Shown here piece by piece: positions 1 through 7,076 of a DNA stretch of 45,068 nucleotides (position 1 is the first letter of the stretch; every line of letters begins with the position of its first letter). The stretch covers positions 1 to 45,068 of IMG/VR virus record IMGVR_UViG_3300033549_000082; one strand, written 5' to 3'. Both the position numbers and the translations under genes were made by a program. Source of the stretch: a virus. The notes under the pieces are model-generated. The model was not told the origin of the DNA. It searched no databases and was given only the letters and a program-made list of their open reading frames with translations.

Positions 1-141
1 CTCTCTATAGCTCCACAGGAAGCTAAAGAGAAACAAAAAATAAATATTAAGGTAATATTTTTCATGATTCTTCAAGGTCTAATATTTGCTAATAACTGTA
101 ATCCATAAATAACCTCATTCATCTGCTCACAAACACTTAAC
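1..141. repeat. terminal direct repeat, copy 1 (assembly overlap of a circular or permuted genome)
   Basis: Exact 141-nt identity with 44928-45068 (offset 44927). The repeat falls inside a lipoprotein ORF and the stop region of ORF 72-365, so it is not a natural intergenic terminus. Confidence 0.9.
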
Positions 142-365
142 GCTCTTCGTTCAACTCTAATATAAATCACTTTTGAACCAGCTGGAATTTCCATCTTACT
201 TATCCCTACACCTAAAACAACGGTAATAGGAAAAGGAGGAACTTTATCTTCTTCTTCGATAGAAACCTTAATCTCCTCAATACCATCAACCGACTCAATT
301 ATTAGCGTCTGTGCATAAGCAGTACTAATTAAGAGACTAATCAAGATACTAATCAACACTCGCAT
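72..365 (-). CDS. small exported protein with cleavable signal peptide, function unknown (possible i-spanin-type partner of the next lipoprotein)
   Basis: 97 aa. The N-terminus MRVLISILISLLISTAYA|Q has a hydrophobic region plus an AxA cleavage site. AGGAG lies 7 nt upstream of the ATG. The start overlaps the upstream ORF by 17 nt. A lipoprotein gene follows 6 nt downstream across the junction. Confidence 0.55.
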   Translation of the reverse strand: MRVLISILISLLISTAYAQTLIIESVDGIEEIKVSIEEEDKVPPFPITVVLGVGISKMEIPAGSKVIYIRVERRALSVCEQMNEVIYGLQLLANIRP

Positions 366-1083
366 AAGCTACTCCTAAAGAAGAATGTATTTGAACCACT
401 GTCATATTAACTCCAACCTCAGCGTTTATTGAAACAGGTAAATAAATAGGAGGAAAGACTCCACTGTAATCTTTTTCAGTTAAAGTATTAAGCATACATC
501 CTAAACACGAGTTCGCATTTATGGTTTTTTCATAACTGTCTGCTCCAATCATAATCTTTACAGAGCTCGTATAATTAAGATTCGAGCATATAGCTATCCC
601 AACCATCCATTCTCCTCCGTTCTTCTCACTTCTTCCAATACAAGCATATAGAGTTTTTCTATCAGAAAACATAAATGTGAGAGAGGCACTACCTAAAAAT
701 TCGTCCTCTTCCGCATTAGCCGATTTTATAAGAAAAACCCTAAATTGATATATATGATTTAAAGGAACCTTATTTATAATAATCTCATTACTATAAGTAG
801 GTATCACAAACGTATTCAACACTTTATCTGTTTGGTCAACTACCTTAACCCTAAAACCAAAGATATTTTCGTAAGATTCCCATCTACAGCCAATCTTACC
901 ATCATAAGTTTGAAAGGCTATAACTTTGATTTTATCCGTTCCTATAATATCATCAAGAACAGTATTATCATCACTCCAATCAAAAGGATTAGGCTCACAG
1001 TTTGCTGGACATGCTTGAATAAAAAGCATAACAATTACCAATAAGGTAATAGGAATATTAGGTACTGGCGGTCTTTTTTTCAT
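349..1083 (-). CDS. lipoprotein with beta-rich (Ig/FN3-like) mature domain
   Basis: 244 aa. MKKRPPVPNIPITLLVIVMLFIQA|C shows a basic n-region, a hydrophobic region and a lipobox. AGGAG lies upstream. The ORF overlaps both neighbours. Confidence 0.6.
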   Translation of the reverse strand: MKKRPPVPNIPITLLVIVMLFIQACPANCEPNPFDWSDDNTVLDDIIGTDKIKVIAFQTYDGKIGCRWESYENIFGFRVKVVDQTDKVLNTFVIPTYSNEIIINKVPLNHIYQFRVFLIKSANAEEDEFLGSASLTFMFSDRKTLYACIGRSEKNGGEWMVGIAICSNLNYTSSVKIMIGADSYEKTINANSCLGCMLNTLTEKDYSGVFPPIYLPVSINAEVGVNMTVVQIHSSLGVAYASVD

Positions 1084-1693
1084 TTGTTTCTCCTTTTAAT
1101 GTCTCATATCCATTCCATTCATTAACTTTAATCTGAATAGTAGAGAACTTTGAATCTGTTTGTTGATTTATTTTGTTTATCATACTACTTAACGCATCCG
1201 AATTGTAGCTTTTGGCTACTATAATTCTAATATTTAATCTGTTCATCTTAGATTCTTTTAATATAGCCGTTTCAAATGCGTCAATAAATTCCTCATTAGC
1301 AAAGTCTGTATCAACAAGATTAAACGTAACATGAACTCTCAACTCAGACAAATAGTCAAATATCTCCAATAAAGGGGCTAATAATTCATCTTTACTCTTT
1401 ACATAAACAAATTGCTCTACATCATATACTACCCTTCCACATCTAAGACCATATTTTGATGGAATAATAACTATACAAGTCTTACAACACTTTAAACTTA
1501 TAACCTTCTCTTCTGGTTTAATAATATCCGACCATCTTTTTTTTCTAACAGCAACTGAAAGAATGTGCGGAAGATAACGTTTAATTACATCTGAATATAA
1601 AACTATAATGAGTATAGACGTAACAAAAAACAATATCCAAAACAACACATCTATTTTGCTTAATGCTTCTATTAGTTTAATTGCTGTAACCAT
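1058..1693 (-). CDS. single-pass membrane protein with a cytoplasmic alpha/beta domain of about 160 aa, function unknown
   Basis: 211 aa. A hydrophobic segment at aa 15-34 is followed by RKKRW (positive-inside rule). The ATG sits in a 22-nt overlap with the upstream ORF and has no SD, which suggests translational coupling. Confidence 0.5.
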   Translation of the reverse strand: MVTAIKLIEALSKIDVLFWILFFVTSILIIVLYSDVIKRYLPHILSVAVRKKRWSDIIKPEEKVISLKCCKTCIVIIPSKYGLRCGRVVYDVEQFVYVKSKDELLAPLLEIFDYLSELRVHVTFNLVDTDFANEEFIDAFETAILKESKMNRLNIRIIVAKSYNSDALSSMINKINQQTDSKFSTIQIKVNEWNGYETLKGETNEKKTAST

Positions 1694-2370
1694 TTTTTAA
1701 CAGTGTATCCTATAGATATAAACAGTATTATTGCGGCTAAAAAAACTATTATCATATATACCATATATTCAACAACTATCATATCCCTGACCGTTGAACG
1801 ATATATAATAATAAAATAACCAATAGTATTTTTATATCCAAGATAACTAATCTCAATTGGTTTATACGCTACAAATACCCTTAGATTATCATGCTGCATA
1901 ACATAAGAATATCTACGCTCATTAAATAATTCAGTTAAATCACTATTAAATGTCCCAATGCTGGATGTATCGGAACTCCAAATAATATAGCCATTATCCC
2001 CAACTACATTGCTACTTACCGTTTCTACGGAGGTAAATAAAATAAGAATTAAATTTATAGACTTATTCAAATATAATGAAAAATTACTTTCTCCATCATT
2101 GCAACACATATACAGTTGACCTTTATATTTATTATACGCTTCATCTTCAATACAACTCTTAACTTCTGATTGAGTCATAGAAAACGTAGTAAAGGCAGAC
2201 TCAATTTTATTTTTGGTTTCTTTAGCCCCTTGTCTCGCTATAGCGTTAAATCCATTGTGTATCATAGACTCAGTATAAAAAGTTCTCCAAAAGCCCAAAA
2301 GACCGAAAGAGATTAAAAATATTATAACAACTAATAAGGTTATATTCCTCTGTATCGTTTTGATTCCCAT
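1672..2370 (-). CDS. two-TM protein with an extracytoplasmic Cache/PAS-like sensor-type domain of about 170 aa and no output domain
   Basis: 232 aa. TM1 is at aa 11-28 and TM2 at aa 198-220, and the protein ends 12 aa after TM2. The intervening domain has a long N-terminal helix followed by beta strands with aromatic/Gly patterns (DNGYIIWSS, RVFVAYKPIEISYLGYKNTIGYFIIIY). The fold assignment is inference. Confidence 0.5.
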   Translation of the reverse strand: MGIKTIQRNITLLVVIIFLISFGLLGFWRTFYTESMIHNGFNAIARQGAKETKNKIESAFTTFSMTQSEVKSCIEDEAYNKYKGQLYMCCNDGESNFSLYLNKSINLILILFTSVETVSSNVVGDNGYIIWSSDTSSIGTFNSDLTELFNERRYSYVMQHDNLRVFVAYKPIEISYLGYKNTIGYFIIIYRSTVRDMIVVEYMVYMIIVFLAAIILFISIGYTVKKWLQQLN

Positions 2371-2741
2371 GACGCACCTATAATTATAAATAATCCAACA
2401 AAAAACTCAGCTATTCCATATTTATCATCCATACTGGTAAGCTGAGCTTCAGCATACCAGGAGACTGTTAGGTAAAAATAAAAAGATGCAAGTACGATGC
2501 CTAAAGATGCAACTAAGTGAACTTCACTATATATAATATAGTAGGCACATACCATAATAGCACAAAGAAATATAAACATCTCAGCATAAAGAATTATATA
2601 AGTCCCTTTAGTTTTAGAAGAAATAAACAACGATACAAACAAAAGAGCTACAATAAAGGATAACTCAAAAACATCCCCCATAAATCTGGAGCTAAGAATT
2701 GTATCGAGATAAGCACGCACCTTTAGATATATTTCTTTCAC
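2340..2741 (-). CDS. small polytopic (about 4 TM) membrane protein
   Basis: 133 aa with four hydrophobic segments. GTG start preceded by AAGGGG. Overlaps the terL 3' end by 50 nt. Confidence 0.45.
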   Translation of the reverse strand: MKEIYLKVRAYLDTILSSRFMGDVFELSFIVALLFVSLFISSKTKGTYIILYAEMFIFLCAIMVCAYYIIYSEVHLVASLGIVLASFYFYLTVSWYAEAQLTSMDDKYGIAEFFVGLFIIIGASWESKRYRGI

Positions 2742-4236
2742 TTGGACCCCTTAAATAAGGCATATAATTAAGCCTCTGCGGTGTGCGGTTAATTGTGTCA
2801 GCAAAACCGACATATTTATTATCTGTAGGAATAAACGTTATTCCCATTTCTTTGCAGATAACAGGTAAATACCCAAAAGCATCCATACAATCCCAAAGTT
2901 GCGAAACTGGAAATGTAAGAAGCTGTTGTTCTAATTTTTCACAGTTTACTTTATTATGATAAATTACTCCTGCCCTATAATACGGAGCAAGTTGAGCTAT
3001 TCGCTCTTCCTTTTTTCCAACAGCTTTTAACTCCCGAAGCTGAATCATTACTCCATGTGTTTGAAGATAATTTTCAAACGGCTGAGTTATAAATGTATGT
3101 AATGAAGTCGCCTCATAAAAAATAGACGTTGCGTTATAAAGAATAGCTTGTTTAGTCGCAAGGTCATAAATCTCATCTGGATAAAATTTTCCAGACATCA
3201 CATTTCTTACAAAAACCCTTGAATTTTCTGATTCTATTCCAATAGTTAAAATAGCCGTGTCCGATGAGTGAACTTTTACGGTCTTAGCTGGGTCAATAAC
3301 TACGAAGTTTATCAACTTATTTGCATCTGTTTTCTCTCCATTAACGTCAATCTTTGTTAAAGTATCTTCATAATATTTAAAATTCTTCGGACTAAACACA
3401 GGATCTTCTGTTGACATAGGAATATTTCTATACTCTCTATAAAACGAGTCAAGCATACCCATTTTCTTATGCGTCTCATATTCCAACTGAATACGCTCAT
3501 CAGACATATACTCTGGTGCTTTACTCTTTAAATCATCTCCAAAAGCCTCAAATCTAATAACATGCCAATCATCAAGCTTCATGAGATAGACAGGAATAGC
3601 ATCTTGATGTTTTAATGTATCAATATACACTATTTTAAACTCAGCATCAAAAAATCCAGTACATTTAAGCGGGTCAGAAAAGAACCATTCTCTTCTCTTT
3701 TCTCTCATATCTTCACTAATAAGCTCTTCTTTATCTTCAATATCATCACAAATTATAAGGTCTGGTCTATAACCTGAATAATTAAGACTCCTAACCTGTT
3801 GACCGATACCACGTGGAATTATGAATGAATAATTATTTGCAACCCATCCTTCAGTAGAAAATGTCTCCTCTCTTCCTTCAATCTTCTCGGGTTTCATACT
3901 ACCATAAAATTTTCTAATAAGTTCATTAGTCATTAAAGCATTCTTTAAATTTTCTGTTTGTCTTGTCGCTATTGTATTCGAGTATGAAATATATACCATA
4001 AACCTACTTGCCTTTAATAAAATCTTCCTTGCCATATAACGAAATAAAAGAGTTGTTGTTTTTCCAAATCCACGTGGGCATAAAATTAAAATCTTTTTAT
4101 GCTTACCATCAAGAGCCTCACATATTTGTTTATGTATATGAGTATCAACTGGAAACAAATCAGGAAAGTAAAACTTTCCAAACTTTAAAGAAGTTGATAA
4201 AGACTCAGCCAAAACACCTTTAACATCAGTCATCAA
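2692..4236 (-). CDS. terL: terminase large subunit
   Basis: 514 aa. Walker A is CPRGFGKTT and Walker B-like is DLIICDDIED. The C-terminal half carries RNaseH-like nuclease Asp motifs (VVIDPAKT, DCMDAFGY). The TTG at 4236 has GAGGAG 7 nt upstream; an alternative ATG lies at 4233. Confidence 0.92.
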   Translation of the reverse strand: MMTDVKGVLAESLSTSLKFGKFYFPDLFPVDTHIHKQICEALDGKHKKILILCPRGFGKTTTLLFRYMARKILLKASRFMVYISYSNTIATRQTENLKNALMTNELIRKFYGSMKPEKIEGREETFSTEGWVANNYSFIIPRGIGQQVRSLNYSGYRPDLIICDDIEDKEELISEDMREKRREWFFSDPLKCTGFFDAEFKIVYIDTLKHQDAIPVYLMKLDDWHVIRFEAFGDDLKSKAPEYMSDERIQLEYETHKKMGMLDSFYREYRNIPMSTEDPVFSPKNFKYYEDTLTKIDVNGEKTDANKLINFVVIDPAKTVKVHSSDTAILTIGIESENSRVFVRNVMSGKFYPDEIYDLATKQAILYNATSIFYEATSLHTFITQPFENYLQTHGVMIQLRELKAVGKKEERIAQLAPYYRAGVIYHNKVNCEKLEQQLLTFPVSQLWDCMDAFGYLPVICKEMGITFIPTDNKYVGFADTINRTPQRLNYMPYLRGPSERNISKGACLSRYNS

Positions 4237-4780
4237 TACTACTCTCCTCTCTAATCATTTCAATCCCAGCCGCTTTTGCTCTCGCCCTAATTGCCTCAAG
4301 GTCTTCAGGCGAGATTGCTACAGTTATTTTTCTCATATCCATCCTTTGTAATGGACTAAAACCACCTACAGCAAGAAGATGTCTTGCATTTTGAGACTTT
4401 ACAGAATGGGACACAGCATCACTTCTTAGTGTTTCTTCAAGATACTCTAACGCCCTCGGCATTATTTCATTTATTCTTGCATTGATGTCCATTACATCAC
4501 TATTCTTATTAGCCTCAAGTAATTGAATCTGTGCCATAATAGCAGGCATCCTCCTAACCTTAGAGATATATTCTGGCACCATTCCAACAATCTTTGCTAT
4601 CTCAGCATTATCTAATCCTAATACAATATATCTCGCAATGTTAGAGTGTTTACTCCACAATAACTCAGAATCTGCCGAATAAGCATCTCCATTACTAACC
4701 CTTCCATCCTTAGACCAACTTCCCAACTCCTTAACCACCCCCCTCCACCTCCTCCCTATACTTTTTACATTTTCCGCCAT
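4226..4780 (-). CDS. putative small terminase subunit (HTH protein immediately upstream of and overlapping terL)
   Basis: The ORF track gives 4226-4792 with a TTG start; an in-frame ATG at 4780 is preferred here. A helix-turn-helix-like segment is present (NAEIAKIVGMVPEYISKVRR). The stop overlaps the terL start. Confidence 0.55.
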   Translation of the reverse strand: MAENVKSIGRRWRGVVKELGSWSKDGRVSNGDAYSADSELLWSKHSNIARYIVLGLDNAEIAKIVGMVPEYISKVRRMPAIMAQIQLLEANKNSDVMDINARINEIMPRALEYLEETLRSDAVSHSVKSQNARHLLAVGGFSPLQRMDMRKITVAISPEDLEAIRARAKAAGIEMIREESSIDD

Positions 4781-4924
4781 CTTACTTCCCAATAATATAA
4801 TCTACAATGTATAAAACACTTCAACTTTGAGGGTTTAATTATCTATTCAGAAATAGTAAATAAACCACCTTGACATGGTTAGAGATGGTTATCCCCCTTT
4901 CTATTTTATACATGGCAACCGATC

Positions 4925-4956
4925 TCATAATTTTTCCTAATACGGAAAAATTATGA
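4925..4956. repeat. perfect 13-bp inverted repeat (hairpin or cruciform), 6-nt loop
   Basis: TCATAATTTTTCC-taatac-GGAAAAATTATGA, read directly. Confidence 0.8.
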
Positions 4957-4959
4957 CCC

Positions 4960-5001
4960 GCCGAATTACATTCAGTTATTGAATTATTCTTTACTCATTA
5001 T
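4960..5001 (+). repeat. bipartite 42-nt direct repeat, unit 1
   Basis: GCCGAATTACATTCAG + 12-nt variable core + TCTTTACTCATTAT. Unit 2 lies 56 nt downstream. Confidence 0.8.
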
Positions 5002-5015
5002 GCCTCCATTCAGTT

Positions 5016-5057
5016 GCCGAATGACATTCAGAAAATATTGCACTCTTTACTCATTAT
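5016..5057 (+). repeat. bipartite 42-nt direct repeat, unit 2
   Basis: GCCGAATGACATTCAG + 12-nt variable core + TCTTTACTCATTAT. The arms match unit 1 at 29 of 30 positions; the core is unrelated. Confidence 0.8.
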
Positions 5058-5123
5058 TACTCGGTTCAGAAGAAAAGGTGTATTCGGTAAGGGGTGATGA
5101 GTAATTTGGAAAGTAAAAGTTAT

Positions 5124-5163
5124 TTCGGTAAGACGAAAATGTTTTGGCTTGCCGAACATTTTT
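5124..5163 (+). terminator. candidate plus-strand intrinsic terminator
   Basis: A 9-bp stem pairs TTCGGTAAG (5124-5132) with CTTGCCGAA (5148-5156), including one G.U pair. TTTTT follows at 5159-5163. The 15-nt loop is large. Confidence 0.35.
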
Positions 5164-5269
5164 CACAGTAGGTTAAAGTGTTGATAATAGTGTGTTTTGG
5201 ATAAGTGCGAAGGTGCGTGGATAGGGGTTTTAGCGTAAAACGAAAATATTTAGGAACGCCTAACTTTTA

Positions 5270-5304
5270 AAACGAAAAACCGTGCAGAGTTTTCACCCTG
5301 CACG
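5270..5304 (-). terminator. intrinsic terminator of ORF 5313-5915
   Basis: On the minus strand: CGTGCAG-ggtgaaaact-CTGCACG followed by GTTTTTCGTTTT, starting 8 nt after the stop codon. Confidence 0.7.
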
Positions 5305-5312
5305 ATTCGGGG

Positions 5313-5915
5313 TTATTTTTTCATTAAGCCGTACTTCTTCAATTTATCGTTATCAGCCAGTAACGACATGATGAACTTCTCTTCTCGTTGCTCTTTCGTA
5401 AGTGTTTTATTATCAACAATAAGTTCATAACCACCAGTTTTGAGAGTGTTGTAGATACTCTCAAGAGTTCTAAGCGTTCTCAGGTAGGTCTGAAATTTTA
5501 CAATAATACCACTGCCCACCAGTGAGCGTGTTACATCACCTGTTAGGACAAAACCTTCTTGAATATACACTTGAAACAATTCATTGCCTTGCCACTTGGT
5601 TTCAACAAATGGGGTAGAGGAAAAATTTGTTTTGCTCAAGTTTTCATTTTCCTCTTTCATGATTACAGCTTTAAGTTGTTCCCGTTTCTCACCTTGTAGG
5701 GAAATACGAAAACGACTGGTGCTGAGTTCAAACACATCATCAGCTTTTTTTGGGATAAAAAACACAACCACCCTACCGAGCTTTTTTTCGTTTTTAAACG
5801 TGATTGTATCGGCATAAGTCAAGCAATACCAGTCGTTTTCACCTTGATATAGCCCACGTGTTGCCTTAAAATCAATACTCTCCACCTTGTCATTTTTCAT
5901 TTTTTCGTTTTTCAT
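5313..5915 (-). CDS. orphan 200-aa soluble protein, the only ORF in the control region; candidate regulator
   Basis: ATG with AAGGGA upstream. It has its own terminator and an upstream palindrome cluster. GC is about 40-42%, against about 32% in structural genes. No motif recognised; the C-terminus is basic. Confidence 0.6.
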   Translation of the reverse strand: MKNEKMKNDKVESIDFKATRGLYQGENDWYCLTYADTITFKNEKKLGRVVVFFIPKKADDVFELSTSRFRISLQGEKREQLKAVIMKEENENLSKTNFSSTPFVETKWQGNELFQVYIQEGFVLTGDVTRSLVGSGIIVKFQTYLRTLRTLESIYNTLKTGGYELIVDNKTLTKEQREEKFIMSLLADNDKLKKYGLMKK

Positions 5916-6076
5916 TTGTTATTTTCCCTTTTTTTTCAAAATTTAAATCCGATACCTATACTAATGCAAAGTATATGCCAAAATACCACAAAAACACAAA
6001 TTTCTTATAAATCCGCAGTAGGCAAGGATTTACAGCACTTCACTTTTAGCATAGATGTTTTCACTAAACTTAAAAA

Positions 6077-6091
6077 TGACAAAATTTGTCA
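6077..6091. promoter_or_regulatory. operator-like perfect palindrome O1, TGACAAA-A-TTTGTCA
   Basis: Read directly. It lies in the leader of ORF 5313-5915. Confidence 0.5.
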
Positions 6092-6121
6092 TGCGAAAAT
6101 GCTCTTTTTAGTGGGTAGCCT

Positions 6122-6149
6122 ACAGTATCAAGGTTTAAGAGACTGACAA
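6122..6149 (-). promoter_or_regulatory. candidate leftward sigma70-type promoter for ORF 5313-5915
   Basis: Minus strand reads TTGTCA (6144-6149), a 16-nt spacer, then TACTGT (6122-6127). The -35 element lies inside palindrome O2. Confidence 0.4.
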
Positions 6150-6158
6150 AAATTGTCA
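6144..6158. promoter_or_regulatory. operator-like perfect palindrome O2, TGACAA-AAA-TTGTCA
   Basis: Read directly. It overlaps the -35 elements of both candidate divergent promoters. Confidence 0.5.
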
Positions 6159-6182
6159 TTTTTTGACAAAAATTGTCATAAT
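6153..6182 (+). promoter_or_regulatory. candidate rightward sigma70-type promoter
   Basis: TTGTCA (6153-6158), an 18-nt spacer, then CATAAT (6177-6182). The spacer and -10 are covered by palindrome O3. Confidence 0.35.
6164..6178. promoter_or_regulatory. operator-like perfect palindrome O3, TGACAA-AAA-TTGTCA
   Basis: Identical to O2, centre-to-centre spacing 20 bp. Confidence 0.5.
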
Positions 6183-6517
6183 TCATTTTTGAACGTTTTA
6201 ATGTATTGCGTGGCATGAAATATGCAACGGTGAGCTAATTCAGGTAATCTTAAATGTGTACGGAAAAACAAGTTTATTTCGCCATTGGTTAAATGGTTTC
6301 ATTCACTTAAAGGATTTTACCGATATGAAAAACATTAGCATAAAAGAAAAAAGTTAGGTGAGCCAAAATGGTTTTGGTCGCATAAAACGGTATAAATTTT
6401 GCATTTGCAGGTATTATGCCAACCGAAATGCGTTCAATAAATAAGACATGAATAATAAATAAAGGAAAGTTACTAAACGACATTTATTCGAAGAAAACAA
6501 AACGATAAAATTTTTAC

Positions 6518-6560
6518 CTCACATGGCTATAGCCGTTTTCTGCATCTCACATGGCTGTAG
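6518..6560 (+). repeat. two 15-nt direct repeats CTCACATGGCTRTAG (6518-6532, 6546-6560)
   Basis: 14 of 15 positions identical, period 28 nt. The first copy contains the palindrome GGCTATAGCC. Confidence 0.7.
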
Positions 6561-6590
6561 TAACAACCTCAACTGAGTTTATTTTTTAAC

Positions 6591-6619
6591 TTCAGATTGC
6601 GAAGAGGAGGTGATATTAT
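6591..6619 (+). promoter_or_regulatory. candidate extended -10 promoter
   Basis: TTCAGA, a 17-nt spacer whose last three bases TGA supply the TGn motif, then TATTAT at 6614-6619. It is paralogous in context (CAACTGAGTT ... GGAGGTGATATWAT) to the promoter at 11557-11585. Confidence 0.45.
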
Positions 6620-6874
6620 CTTCAAAAGGCGAAAAGAAAGAAAATAATGGGGGGCGAGGGGGGGCTTAATAGATGAAGGTAGAGAACTTAACCTAAAAAA
6701 GAAAATCCAAAGCTACTTCTTAATGAAAGAGAGGAAAAGAAATATCTTAAATAAAAAGCCTTTTTTGAACGTAGGTGGAAGTGAAGAGAAGGAATAAATT
6801 CTTTGATTTTTATCTGTTTTCATCAGGTAAAAGTGGAGAGAAGAAAAGAAAAGGAGGAATTTTCAAGAAGCTGT

Positions 6875-6893
6875 GTTTTTGTGGCTTTATGGT
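6875..6893 (+). repeat. iteron-like repeat GTTTTTGTGGCTTTATGGT
   Basis: Direct copy of 7203-7221 and inverted copy of 6988-7006 (17 of 19 positions). Confidence 0.7.
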
Positions 6894-6987
6894 TTTACCT
6901 TAAATTCTCGTAGAAATAGTCATTTTTAAAGATATTACCTTTAAAAAACAGTCCTTTTTCATTATAGAAGAGAGTTTTATCTATGCT

Positions 6988-7006
6988 ACCACAAAACCAC
7001 AAAAAC
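6988..7006 (-). repeat. iteron-like repeat, inverted copy (ACCACAAAACCACAAAAAC)
   Basis: Its reverse complement GTTTTTGTGGTTTTGTGGT matches 6875-6893 at 17 of 19 positions. A partial copy lies at 5985-6000. Confidence 0.7.
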
Positions 7007-7076
7007 GGGGGTCGGCACAGGCAGACATCTTTTTTCCTTTCTTAGCTTTTTTCTCTTACTGTAGCGTTTACAGGGA

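Noticed and set aside
1-141. The terminal repeat as a genuine biological direct terminal repeat (T7-like) or as a duplicated locus
   Set aside because: The boundaries fall inside a coding sequence rather than in non-coding termini. The two copies are 100% identical and sit exactly at the window ends. This is the signature of an assembler overlap on a circular or permuted genome.
1672-1700. Programmed -1 frameshift at GTTAAAAAATGG fusing the sensor-like ORF (1672-2370) to ORF 1058-1693
   Set aside because: The A6 run is not a canonical X_XXY_YYZ heptamer in the zero frame. The downstream frame has a TAA two codons before its ATG. A fusion would place a third TM directly after TM2 and invert the topology implied by the RKKRW positive patch. 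Simple translational coupling (ATG inside the overlap) explains the arrangement.
4870-4898. Plus-strand TTGACA at 4870-4875 as the promoter of the putative ncRNA
   Set aside because: No acceptable -10 hexamer lies 16-19 nt downstream (CCCCCT). It was therefore not annotated, and the 5' end of any plus-strand transcript remains undefined.
5916-6146. Plus-strand 76-aa ORF in the control region
   Set aside because: It has a TTG start abutting the divergent ATG and no SD. The sequence is low-complexity and runs through the O1 palindrome and promoter-like elements. It is most likely non-coding.
6518-6560. Possible mini-CRISPR array or solitary CRISPR repeat
   Set aside because: There are only two 15-nt copies with a 13-nt spacer, far shorter than CRISPR repeats and spacers. 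No cas genes or leader are present.
6649-6664. G-quadruplex from the GGGGGG-CGA-GGGGGGG tract
   Set aside because: Only two G-runs are present. An intramolecular three-tetrad G4 needs four tracts separated by loops. This could only be a weak two-tetrad or intermolecular structure.
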